Of a DNA stretch of 64,000 bases, positions 55,417-64,000 are shown in pieces; positions within the stretch are counted from its first letter, which is position 1; every line of letters starts with the position of its first letter. Source of the DNA: an uncultured bacterium (lineage in GTDB: Bacteria > Patescibacteriota > Minisyncoccia > Phycocordibacterales > DATDWN01). The translations under genes were made by a program, and so were the position numbers. The stretch covers positions 25 to 64,024 of the forward strand of contig CAIOTC010000022.1 in the NCBI GenBank assembly GCA_903861205.1, in the 5' to 3' direction. The notes below the pieces were generated by a model. It had not been told where the DNA came from, did no database searches, and worked only from the letters and a program-made list of their open reading frames with translations.

Positions 55417-57066
55417 TTGATATATAATATAAGTGCGGTAATGTCTTTTTTAAAAATGACACACTATTTGAAATATAAAATAATTTTGGGCGCTGTTTGT
55501 TTATCTTTTTTATTTGTTTTTTTGCCTCAAAAAGCTAACGCGCAATTTGGTATACCTGTTGAAGATTACGATGTGGAAATAAACACCAGCTTCATGGCTG
55601 TTGACACATTTGATATCGCCGTTGCAACAGATATTACTGCAGGAGCTTCGGTTGATACGGCAGTAAACACGAGCGCAAACACATGGGCTAAAGAGTTTCT
55701 GGGTGACGGGGTGGCCAACTTCATTGCCAAAATGATTGTAAAACAATTAACCGCCCAAACGGTTAATTGGATCAATTCCGGTTTCAAAGGCAACCCGGCT
55801 TTCGTGACCAACCCCGAAGGCTTTTTCCTCAACGTCGGCGACCAAATGGCGGCCGATTTTCTGACCAACACTTCACTAAACGGCCTTTGCAGTCCTTTCC
55901 AAGCTAAAATCCGTTTGGCTCTGGTTAAAAATTACCTGGCCGAAACAAATAAAAATTATTCTTGTACCCTCGGCCGACTTGAACAAAATTTTGAAAACTT
56001 CGCCAACAATTTCGACCAGGGAGGCTGGGACGGCTGGTTTACCATGACTCAAACAACCCAAGGCAATCCGTATGGGGCGTATCTCGACACCAAGGATCAA
56101 CTGTCAATCAACCTTGGTAATCAGGCAATAAAATATCAAAACCAACTAAACTGGGGCAAGGGCATTTTGTCTTACGAAAAATGCAAGAAGGGGGCGACAA
56201 TAATAAATCCTGCCAGAACAGTTGACAACGCCATTGACCCGTCACAAGATCCAAATTCGCCAACAAACTTACAGAGACAAAATATTGTTAATTATCAGAA
56301 TGCCATAGATAAAGCCAAGAAAGCCTACCAGGCTCTAACATTGAAAACAACTCCAGTTGCCACTGCAGCAGAACTCAACGCGGCGCAAGCGGCTATAAAC
56401 CAAGCTCAAACAAATTTTGATAATTACAGAGCGGATCATGGAATAAGCGATGAGCAGTTAAATTCCACACTAACTAATATTGACAGTGGTTTGGGAGAAG
56501 GAGATTGTGCACCAAGCGATAAAGAAACGGTTACACCTGGAAGCGTCATCAGCAATCAGTTGGACAGCGCTCTTGGTCAAACATGGGGTGAGCTCGTTAG
56601 TGCAGACGAAATAAACGAAATCGTCAGTGCTCTCATGACCCAAATGATTAGCCATGTTGTTGGCGGAATAGGAGATGGTTTGAGAAGTTTAAGCCAAAGC
56701 GATTCGTCATCGAATTCAAATACGGGACGAACCCTAATGCAACAACTTGTTGATAGCACGGCTTCAACGTCACCGGAAACAACCAGCTTTAACAAAGGCG
56801 CAAACAGCTTAATACCGTCAAATTTGGGTGGAAGCGCAAATCCTACTCCGACAGCAGACACCCCTTCCAGGACAGATACCCAAAATAAATTACATTGCGA
56901 TTCATTATCAGATCCATCTTGTAATCAAAACAGTTCAGGAAGTGGTAGTGGTGCACCTTCAACTTACTGCCTCAATAATACCGGTGATTACTATTGCTCA
57001 ACATACAACGGTCATGCTAGTTGCAACGTAACACCACCAGGCATTGATCCAAATTGCATACCATAG
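55417..57066 (+). CDS. Exported hypothetical protein (549 aa) with signal peptide ...LSFLFVFLPQKANAQ
   Basis: Signal peptide plus an S/T/N/Q-rich surface-type protein ending with a Cys-rich tail. Confidence 0.45.
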   Translation: MIYNISAVMSFLKMTHYLKYKIILGAVCLSFLFVFLPQKANAQFGIPVEDYDVEINTSFMAVDTFDIAVATDITAGASVDTAVNTSANTWAKEFLGDGVANFIAKMIVKQLTAQTVNWINSGFKGNPAFVTNPEGFFLNVGDQMAADFLTNTSLNGLCSPFQAKIRLALVKNYLAETNKNYSCTLGRLEQNFENFANNFDQGGWDGWFTMTQTTQGNPYGAYLDTKDQLSINLGNQAIKYQNQLNWGKGILSYEKCKKGATIINPARTVDNAIDPSQDPNSPTNLQRQNIVNYQNAIDKAKKAYQALTLKTTPVATAAELNAAQAAINQAQTNFDNYRADHGISDEQLNSTLTNIDSGLGEGDCAPSDKETVTPGSVISNQLDSALGQTWGELVSADEINEIVSALMTQMISHVVGGIGDGLRSLSQSDSSSNSNTGRTLMQQLVDSTASTSPETTSFNKGANSLIPSNLGGSANPTPTADTPSRTDTQNKLHCDSLSDPSCNQNSSGSGSGAPSTYCLNNTGDYYCSTYNGHASCNVTPPGIDPNCIP

Positions 57067-57072
57067 AAATAA

Positions 57073-59430
57073 ATGAAAAAGTTTTTAATTTTCAGTTTAA
57101 TATTGATTCTCCTTGTCGGTGTTTTTGCACCGAGTGGGGTTGCATTTAGCGCGCCAGTTCCAGGCGGGGGCTCAGGCGGATACACCACAAACACGAATGG
57201 AACTGTTAATCAAAATGCCCAAAGCAATACCACTTCAAATCTATCCGCGATAATTATGGGTGCCCTCAGCGGTATATCTTATTTTATTCTTACCGCTATG
57301 GGCTGGCTTCTTTGGCTTTCAGGTATGCTTCTCAACCTAGTCCTTGACCAAACCATAATAAAATTCACAGCAAATATCGGAACCATGACGGGTATAAATA
57401 CTGCATGGAAAGTTATCCGCGATGTCATGAACATGTTCTTTATTTTTATACTCCTCTACAACGCCATCATGATTATTATCAGCCAGAAAAACAGAGGCGA
57501 CATCCAAAAAATTGTCGGTGGTATTGTCATCACGGCGCTTCTCATAAATTTCAGTATGTTCTTCACCAAAGTAATTATCGATGCTTCAAACATTGCCACA
57601 ATCGGATTTTATAATTCAATAATTAATGCCGGACAATCAACAGTCATAACTACTGGTACTGATTCTTCAGGGAATCCATTAACATCAAATTTGAGAATGG
57701 GGATTTCCGGCGCTTTCGCAAATGCTCTGCATATAACCAGTTTTTATTCTTCAAACGGCATAGCGAATCAACCCGCGCCGTCTTCAATGGTTATAATTTA
57801 TCTTGGAGGTGCTATTCTTTTTCTCATTGTGGCATTTGTTCTATTCGCAATAGCAGCAATGTTTGTTATTAGGTATGTCGCATTCATACTTCTACTAATG
57901 TTTTCACCTCTCGGTTTTATTGGATTTGGTTTGCCACAATTAAAAGGAGCTCAAGACGATTGGTGGAAAATACTTAAAGGTCAAGCGATTTTTGCGCCAC
58001 TATATATGTTTCTGACATGGGTAATTCTGACGCTCATGGGCAGTGATGGATTTATTCCAAAATCTGGCGCACTGGCAGACATTAATAATGCCGCTGATCC
58101 GACTGCGCAAATGGGAGCCATTGCACTCATAATAAACTTCGCGGTTATTATCATATTGATTATTTTCTCACTGACAAAATCGAAGGAGTACGCCGAGCAG
58201 GGTTCAAAATATCTCAGCCAAGCCACTGGCAAACTGACCGCCTTCGCTGGCGGGGTAGCAATGGGGGGCAGCGCGGCAATTATGAGAAATACAGCCGGGA
58301 GATATGCGAACAACAAAGCCAACGACCAGGATTTGAAAGATCGTGCTGCTAAGGGTGACAAACTTGCTCAGTTGCAGTTGAAAACTTACAGGGCGGCTGC
58401 AGCAGGAAGTTTTGACTTGAGAAGAAGCTCTGCAGGTGAACAAATAGCGAAAAGTACTGGCGTAAACTTCGGAAAAGGAATTCCATTTAATGAAAAATCT
58501 GGACAAGGTGGATTCAAGAAAGCAAAAGAAGAAAAAGCAAAGAAAGAACAAGAATATGCAAAATCCCTAAAACCTTCTGACGAAGAATACGAAATCGCAA
58601 AAGAAAAAGATGCTGAAATAAAAGCCGCACAGGCAAAACTAAAAGACGCAGGATTTATTGCTGAAGAAAAAAGAAGAAAAGATGGTGAGTTAAATTCTGA
58701 AAAATACAAAAATTCAGAAATGTATTTGAATGCAGAAAAAGAAAAAACAGAAAACGAAGCAAATGAAGCTAAGGTGATTACGGAAAAAGAAAAACAAGCA
58801 AAACTTGACGCAGAATTGAAAGAGATTGAGAAGTTAAAACAAAGTGCATCATATCTTCTCGACCAACAGAAACGAAAAGAAATTGATGATAATATTTCAG
58901 CAAAAAAACGAGAGATTGAGGACCAAAATGAAATAATATCAAAATTAAAAGAGAGTATAGAAAAAAATAGTGTAGCGACCAAAGAGCGTCAAAAATATGA
59001 GAATGAATGGAAGAGCAAGGATAAAAGTGATTTGGAAGAATTGGCAAAACAAGAAGCTAATAATGAAAAAGAGTTAGAAAATATTTGGAAAGAACGCAAG
59101 AATAATTATGCCGACAGCGTTGAAAATGCGTGGATGAAACGATATTCTATGACTATTCTTGGTGGTTTGGCGGGTGCCGCGTTGGGGGGGCCTATCGGTG
59201 CTGGGGTTGGCGCCGCAGTAGGCAAATCATTCGGTGGAACAAAAGCTGAGCAGGAACATATAGCCAGAAAAATAAGGAATGAAACGGGAAAGAAAAAAGA
59301 AATGACAAAAAAGGAAAAGGCTGAATTAAGAAAAAAATTGGATAAACTTGAAGACAAAGACAGTGATGAGGCGAAAGAGATAAAGAAAAAACTTGGTTGG
59401 GATGAAGAAGATAAAGAACTAGAAGAATAA
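57073..59430 (+). CDS. Polytopic membrane protein, VirB6/TrbL-like by topology, with a roughly 330 aa K/E-rich coiled-coil C-terminal tail
   Basis: Signal peptide, then at least 6 TM helices over about 400 aa, then a charged helical tail (KAKEEKAKKEQEYAKS...). Placement is within the T4SS-like gene neighbourhood. Confidence 0.45.
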   Translation: MKKFLIFSLILILLVGVFAPSGVAFSAPVPGGGSGGYTTNTNGTVNQNAQSNTTSNLSAIIMGALSGISYFILTAMGWLLWLSGMLLNLVLDQTIIKFTANIGTMTGINTAWKVIRDVMNMFFIFILLYNAIMIIISQKNRGDIQKIVGGIVITALLINFSMFFTKVIIDASNIATIGFYNSIINAGQSTVITTGTDSSGNPLTSNLRMGISGAFANALHITSFYSSNGIANQPAPSSMVIIYLGGAILFLIVAFVLFAIAAMFVIRYVAFILLLMFSPLGFIGFGLPQLKGAQDDWWKILKGQAIFAPLYMFLTWVILTLMGSDGFIPKSGALADINNAADPTAQMGAIALIINFAVIIILIIFSLTKSKEYAEQGSKYLSQATGKLTAFAGGVAMGGSAAIMRNTAGRYANNKANDQDLKDRAAKGDKLAQLQLKTYRAAAAGSFDLRRSSAGEQIAKSTGVNFGKGIPFNEKSGQGGFKKAKEEKAKKEQEYAKSLKPSDEEYEIAKEKDAEIKAAQAKLKDAGFIAEEKRRKDGELNSEKYKNSEMYLNAEKEKTENEANEAKVITEKEKQAKLDAELKEIEKLKQSASYLLDQQKRKEIDDNISAKKREIEDQNEIISKLKESIEKNSVATKERQKYENEWKSKDKSDLEELAKQEANNEKELENIWKERKNNYADSVENAWMKRYSMTILGGLAGAALGGPIGAGVGAAVGKSFGGTKAEQEHIARKIRNETGKKKEMTKKEKAELRKKLDKLEDKDSDEAKEIKKKLGWDEEDKELEE

Positions 59431-59433
59431 AAG

Positions 59434-60222
59434 ATGGACGAACAAACATTAAAACAAATGCCAGAATATGTGCAAAAACTCCCGAAAGAAGTGCGAGATT
59501 TTGTCTTTGACGGAGTTTGGGAAAGCAGAACAACAGAAATCGCAACAAAATATTCTTTGAACGAAAGCCAGACTGACACATTCATTAACAAAGTTTTATA
59601 CATTTTGATTGGGCTGGAAAATCCGGATGATTTTCTCAATTCAACAATTTCAGAGTTGAATATTTCGCGACTTTTAGCGACACAGATGATGGAAGAGATT
59701 GAAAAAAGAGTTTTTGAGTATGCAATAAATGAAATAGAAAAAAATAAAGTGCCGGAAGCGTCAAAGAAAACCTTCGACGCCAATGCTGACACCGAACCGG
59801 AAATTCCAGAGGTGCGACCGGAAATAACGCCCATGGTAGAGGGAGGCGAGAGTGTTCACACCAATCCGCCACCAGTTGAAACTCCAAAACCAGAAGTGGC
59901 AAGGACGGCCCTTGCCACTCCAGCTCCGAAACCAATTCCACAAGCGCCGGATAATTTACCGGGAGTTGAGCTTCCCAGTGCCGAGCGTCCCGGTGCCGAT
60001 GTTGCCGCTGCGCCTGCGGCACCGTCCCCCAATCCCGCTTCCGAGGTCGAACCCGAAAAAACTTTCATTGGTTCGGATTTCTTGCAGAAACCAGTTTCGC
60101 CCGAGGAGTTACCTCCGGTGTCCGACCCGAAGTCAGCACCCGAGGAAACTCCTCCGGCCATACCTACACCTCCTACTCCGCCTAAACACACTGTAGATCC
60201 ATACCGCGAACCAATTGAATAA
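59434..60222 (+). CDS. Hypothetical protein with a Pro-rich low-complexity C-terminal half
   Basis: 262 aa. Its start lies 4 nt after the stop of the upstream gene. Confidence 0.4.
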   Translation: MDEQTLKQMPEYVQKLPKEVRDFVFDGVWESRTTEIATKYSLNESQTDTFINKVLYILIGLENPDDFLNSTISELNISRLLATQMMEEIEKRVFEYAINEIEKNKVPEASKKTFDANADTEPEIPEVRPEITPMVEGGESVHTNPPPVETPKPEVARTALATPAPKPIPQAPDNLPGVELPSAERPGADVAAAPAAPSPNPASEVEPEKTFIGSDFLQKPVSPEELPPVSDPKSAPEETPPAIPTPPTPPKHTVDPYREPIE

Positions 60223-60263
60223 TAAAACAAAAAGACGCAAAAGCGTCTTTTTGTTTTATTATT
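60222..60263 (+). terminator. Strong rho-independent terminator (18 bp stem)
   Basis: aataaaacaaaaagacgcaaaagcgtctttttgttttatt. Confidence 0.7.
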
Positions 60264-60488
60264 CCCCCACCCTCGCAGAATAGTCCAAACATCTTCCACA
60301 GGGTTTGTGACGTGGTCTACGGCGCAAAGCCGTGTCGGTCAAACGGGTTTAGTCACTTTAGTGAAAATAAATTCACAACCACTTGACCCAAGTCGTATTA
60401 CCAGTTTGGCTGACGATACGACACTGTAATGATTTTATATTATCAAATTGTAGAATTTGTGCAAATATTCTGTTAAAATTAAAGTGAT

Positions 60489-60707
60489 ATGAGAGAAGTC
60501 AAAACTATAACAAAAAATTTTTTAGATTGGATAAAAATAAAGGAATTCTTACACTTCAAAAAAAATCCTGCTGGTTTTGAGACGAGCGCACCTTTGTCAC
60601 AAGCCAGAACAATTTCTTCCAAAAGACTTGTTAGGCTGATTGATAAGATGAGTAGTGATTCTTTCAAAGAATTAAAAACAGCCCTAAATAAGGCTATTTT
60701 TAAGTGA
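60489..60707 (+). CDS. Small hypothetical protein (72 aa)
   Basis: ORF only. Confidence 0.25.
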   Translation: MREVKTITKNFLDWIKIKEFLHFKKNPAGFETSAPLSQARTISSKRLVRLIDKMSSDSFKELKTALNKAIFK

Positions 60708-60793
60708 TTGCACTCTCACTTTCGTGAGAGCGATTGCCCCCGAAGGGATTTATGAATAAAGTATATCAACTCAAAGTGAAAAGTCAATGAGGT

Positions 60794-61264
60794 GTGGATA
60801 AGAAAAATGAGCTAAAATACAACTATATGAAATATCAAGTTCCACAATTCATCGAAATAGAAGACAAAATTATCGGGCCTTTGACGATCAAGCAGTTCGT
60901 TTACCTGGCCGGGGGAGCGGGAATGTGCTTTATCGCTTACCGATTTTTACCATTCCTCATTGCTATCGTTCTGATGGCAGTTATTATCGCTTTGTCACTG
61001 GCGCTGGCTTTTTACAAAGTCAACAATCGAAATTTCATCGAACTTTTGGAATCAATGTTTAATTTTTACACCAAAAGCCGGCTGTATATTTGGAAAAAGG
61101 AAGTTAAACAAATATCAAGAAATAAGGCGCCAGCTACGACAGCACTGGAACAAATATTCGTTCCAAAACTTTCCGAAAGCAAATTGAAAGAATTGTCGTG
61201 GAGTTTGGACATTAATGAGAACCTGAATCCATTAACGGGAGAGGAGGGAAAGAATACCAAATAA
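60794..61264 (+). CDS. Small two-TM membrane protein, a possible VirB3/PrgI-like T4SS component. It contains the 22 nt coding repeat.
   Basis: LTIKQFVYLAGGAGMCFIAYRFLPFLIAIVLMAVIIALSLALAF. It is positioned upstream of the VirB4-like gene. Confidence 0.4.
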   Translation: MDKKNELKYNYMKYQVPQFIEIEDKIIGPLTIKQFVYLAGGAGMCFIAYRFLPFLIAIVLMAVIIALSLALAFYKVNNRNFIELLESMFNFYTKSRLYIWKKEVKQISRNKAPATTALEQIFVPKLSESKLKELSWSLDINENLNPLTGEEGKNTK

Positions 61265-61705
61265 TTTTCAATTTCCAATTCTCAATTTTCAAACAATGAA
61301 TAAATTTTCAATGTATGAATTACGATTTAGAAAATAGGACAAGAGTTTTTTCAAAAAATATTCTTTGTTTTTGCAAGAAAATAAAAATTAATTATTTAAA
61401 CTCAAACATAATTTCTCAATTACTTAGATCGTCTACCAGTGTTGGAGCAAATTATTGCGAAGCAAACAACGCTAGTTCCAAAAATGATTTTAGAAATAAA
61501 ATTTATCTTTCAAGGAAGGAAATCCAAGAAACTGAGTACTGGCTAGATTTACTGGCAGAAATTTGTGAGATAAACGACGAATTACAAAAATTGCAGAAGG
61601 AAACGAGGGAACTTATACTGATTTTTAATAAGATTACTTTTTCATTGAAAAATTGAATCATTGGAAATTTTTTGAAAATTGAGAATTGGAAATTGAAAAT
61701 TTTTT
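61262..61705 (+). mobile_element. Inverted-repeat-bounded element carrying a four-helix-bundle (23S rRNA IVS-type) protein gene. The inverted repeats (IRs) are about 40 bp each.
   Basis: Left aattttcaatttccaattctcaattttcaaacaatgaat; right attgaatcattggaaattttttgaaaattgagaattggaaattgaaaa, which is its reverse complement. A cargo-less copy of the IR pair is at 10047-10128. Confidence 0.55.
61315..61656 (+). CDS. Four-helix-bundle protein (TIGR02436 / 23S rRNA intervening-sequence protein family)
   Basis: ...ISQLLRSSTSVGANYCEANNASSKNDFRNKIYLSRKEIQETEYWLDL... Confidence 0.7.
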   Translation: MNYDLENRTRVFSKNILCFCKKIKINYLNSNIISQLLRSSTSVGANYCEANNASSKNDFRNKIYLSRKEIQETEYWLDLLAEICEINDELQKLQKETRELILIFNKITFSLKN

Positions 61706-61722
61706 TGTGCTATAATATTCAC

Positions 61723-62358
61723 ATGGCAGTTTCTTCAAAAGCAACACAGGAATTTGTGCCGATCAAAGAAGTGCGCGATGGAGTGGTTATTCTGAAAACC
61801 GGCTCGATGCGCGCGGTTGTTTTGGCCTCATCGCTGAATTTTTCTCTCAAATCGGACGACGAGCGCGAGGCTATCGTCAGCCAGTTCCAAGATTTTTTGA
61901 ACTCGCTCGATTTCGAAGTGGAAATTTCCATTCAGTCCCGTCGGCTGGATATACGGCCGTACATAGCCCTGCTGGAGGAACAGTACAAAAAACAACTTAA
62001 CGACTTGATGAAAATCCAGACGCGCGAATACATCGAGTTCATCAAAAAATTCACAGAGTCAACTAACATCATGACCAAAAGTTTCTTTGTCGTCGTGCCA
62101 TATGATCCGGCCATCATCGGCGGAGGAGCGGGCGGCGGAATTTTCCAAAAACAATCGGCCGAAGAAAAAGTTCAAGCCAAGCAAGCAACATTCGAAGAAA
62201 ACCGAACACAACTCGAGCAGAGAGTTTCTGTGGTGGAGCAAGGTTTGGTTCGCTCCGGAATCCGCGTCATCAGACTGGGAACCGAAGAAGTGATAGAGTT
62301 GTTCTATAAGATTTTCAATCCGGGGGATACGGAGAAACCAATCAAGGTTAGCAGTTAG
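61723..62358 (+). CDS. Hypothetical protein (211 aa), probably leaderless (tgcTATAAT ends 6 nt before the ATG), just upstream of the VirB4-like gene
   Basis: MAVSSKATQEFVPIKEVRDGVVILKTGSMRAVVLASS...GGGAGGG. No family assigned. Confidence 0.45.
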   Translation: MAVSSKATQEFVPIKEVRDGVVILKTGSMRAVVLASSLNFSLKSDDEREAIVSQFQDFLNSLDFEVEISIQSRRLDIRPYIALLEEQYKKQLNDLMKIQTREYIEFIKKFTESTNIMTKSFFVVVPYDPAIIGGGAGGGIFQKQSAEEKVQAKQATFEENRTQLEQRVSVVEQGLVRSGIRVIRLGTEEVIELFYKIFNPGDTEKPIKVSS

Positions 62359-62430
62359 AATATAGTAGTTAGCATTTAGGAAAAATGCCGATGCATTCAC
62401 CTAAATTCTACCTACTAACTACTAAATACT

Positions 62431-64000
62431 ATGTCATTTCTAGATTTTTTCAAAACAAAAAAGGAACCCGAGATTGGCTCGATTTTGCCTTCCGAAATTT
62501 ACGAGGCTGGCACTTTGGAACTGAAAGACATCATCGCTCCTAGCGCTTTGAAAATTTCACCGAAAGAAATCAATCTCGGAGAGAAAATCACCCGCAGTTT
62601 TTTCGTCATTTCATATCCGCGCTACCTCTCCGAAAGCTGGTTTGCACCCATTATCAACCTCGATAAAATTTTTGATGTTTCCATTTTCATTTCACCCATC
62701 GAAACGGCTCAAGTCCTGCGCACCTTCCAGAAAAAAGTGGCTGAGGTACAGAGCCAAATCAGCGTTCGAGAAAGCAAGGGCCTGGTTCGTGATCCGAAAC
62801 TCGATACCGCTTACCAAGATCTCGAAAACTTGCGCGATCAACTCCAACAAGCCCAGGAAAAACTTTTTGACGTCGGTCTGTACATGACTATATATGGCGA
62901 GAGTGAAGGTGAGTTGGACAAAACGGAATCCGAAATAAAATCCATTCTCGAGTCCAAAATGGTTTACGTCAAACCAGCCCTTTTCCAACAGGAGCAAGGC
63001 TTTCGAACCACTCTGCCCATCGGCACCGACGAACTGAAAGTTTACAGCAAAATGAATTCCTCGCCACTTTCGTCTCTTTTTCCATTCATTTCGTTTGACT
63101 TGACCTCCGACAAAGGCATTCTCTACGGCATCAACCGCCACAACTCGTCCTTGGTTCTTTTTGATCGATTTTCTTTGGAAAACTACAACTCGATCACCTT
63201 CGCTAAGTCCGGCGCCGGGAAGAGCGTAAAGGGGTCCGAGCCGGTGCTGATTAGAAAAAATGGTAGTATTTCGCTAGAAAAAATCGGACCGTTGGTAGAA
63301 AAAACGATTCGAAAACAAGGTAAAACAAAACTCGACGGTGAAATGGAGGGGGTGGTTGACCCAGGATTTGAAGTTTGGAGTTTTGATAAAGAATTGAAAG
63401 GTTCGTGGAGCAAAGTTTCTGTGGCAGCCCGCAAAGACGCTCCGAATATTTATTATAGTTTCAAAACTAAAAGCGGGCGAGAAATAACCACCACGGAAGA
63501 TCACAACATGCTTGTTTTACGTGATGGGCGAGTAAATGTCGCAAAAAGTACAGAAATAAAAGAAGGGGAATTCGTACCATTACCTCGCGCCGTTTCTTTT
63601 TCCGAAAACTCGCCGATAAAATTAAATCTTTTGGATTTTTTCAAAAACGAACCGCGAATGTATGTGACTGGCGTAGCTGATATTATTGCCAGAATTCACA
63701 AAGCATACTCGCGAGAAGCTATTGACGTAAAATATGACGCTTATTTACCAATGTATAAAAAAGGCAGACGTGTTCCTTTGGAATTCTTTAATAAACTTCT
63801 CAAAAAATCAGAAATTATACTAACAGACGAGAAAATATCATCGCTTAATATCACATCTAGAAATGGCAAGAGCAAATTGCCTGCACTTTTTACAGTTACA
63901 AAAGACCTTGGAACACTTCTGGGTTACATCAGCGCCGAAGGAACCATAAACCGTGACGCCATACATATTAGTAATATAGATGTGGATGTTTTGGTTATAA
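62431..64000 (+). CDS. VirB4/TrbE/TraC-like T4SS ATPase (partial, runs off the window end). The Walker A P-loop is interrupted by an intein with a LAGLIDADG-like homing-endonuclease motif.
   Basis: N-terminus ...LKDIIAPSALKISPKEINLGEKITRSFFVISYPRYLSESWFAPII is a VirB4-family N-domain pattern. Walker A FAKSGAGK at 63199-63222 is followed directly by an intein-like SVKGSEPVLIRKNGSISLEKIG (block A-like). Further intein-like motifs are TTTEDHNMLVL (block B TxxH) and LLGYISAEGTI. The frame is open to the window end. Confidence 0.6.
   Translation, partial: MSFLDFFKTKKEPEIGSILPSEIYEAGTLELKDIIAPSALKISPKEINLGEKITRSFFVISYPRYLSESWFAPIINLDKIFDVSIFISPIETAQVLRTFQKKVAEVQSQISVRESKGLVRDPKLDTAYQDLENLRDQLQQAQEKLFDVGLYMTIYGESEGELDKTESEIKSILESKMVYVKPALFQQEQGFRTTLPIGTDELKVYSKMNSSPLSSLFPFISFDLTSDKGILYGINRHNSSLVLFDRFSLENYNSITFAKSGAGKSVKGSEPVLIRKNGSISLEKIGPLVEKTIRKQGKTKLDGEMEGVVDPGFEVWSFDKELKGSWSKVSVAARKDAPNIYYSFKTKSGREITTTEDHNMLVLRDGRVNVAKSTEIKEGEFVPLPRAVSFSENSPIKLNLLDFFKNEPRMYVTGVADIIARIHKAYSREAIDVKYDAYLPMYKKGRRVPLEFFNKLLKKSEIILTDEKISSLNITSRNGKSKLPALFTVTKDLGTLLGYISAEGTINRDAIHISNIDVDVLVI

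Noticed and set aside
1-64000. Looked for rRNA genes, CRISPR arrays, integrases/transposases and group I/II introns
   Set aside because: I found no 16S/23S/5S signature, no tandem repeat-spacer array, no recognisable transposase or integrase ORF, and no group II domain V consensus. Mobile DNA here appears to be non-autonomous (MITE-like) elements plus the intein.

Overview
This 64 kb window looks like a compact, low-GC bacterial chromosome segment. Its gene content is reminiscent of a reduced-genome Patescibacteria/CPR-like organism, but this is an inference: trigger factor lacks a PPIase domain, there are many small hypothetical membrane or secreted proteins, and the extended -10 motif tgcTATAAT sits immediately before start codons. 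Housekeeping genes that can be called from sequence are rnhA, recJ, pgk, tpiA, nusA, tig, clpP, rny, hup, cca, xth, rpsO, pnp, comM, pcrA/uvrD, ksgA/rsmA, rsmE and five tRNAs. A type IV pilus operon lies on the minus strand at 5.9-14.8 kb: pilB, pilC, two prepilin-type pilins and a PilX-like protein. It is interrupted between pilB and pilC by a ParDE-like toxin-antitoxin pair, a zinc-ribbon gene and an ORF6N gene. The 3' 11 kb (53-64 kb) holds what appears to be a Gram-positive-type type IV secretion (T4SS)-like locus: a peptidoglycan-binding/Big_2 secreted protein, signal-peptide proteins, a VirB6-like polytopic protein with a long charged coiled-coil tail, a possible VirB3-like protein, and a VirB4-like ATPase. 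The ATPase P-loop is interrupted by an intein carrying a LAGLIDADG-like motif, and the gene runs off the window end. Other accessory content: three type II toxin-antitoxin modules (ParDE-like, HicAB, RelE-like), two ORF6N/ORF6C paralogs, a tight Nudix-SAH(HD)-ORF6N operon, a TrpR/YerC-like regulator bracketed by perfect palindromes, and a GC-rich anomalous island at 35.2-38.5 kb with a long structured untranslated region. The most unusual property is the density of families of structured intergenic repeats: at least eight distinct families, each present in two to four copies. No rRNA genes and no CRISPR arrays were found.
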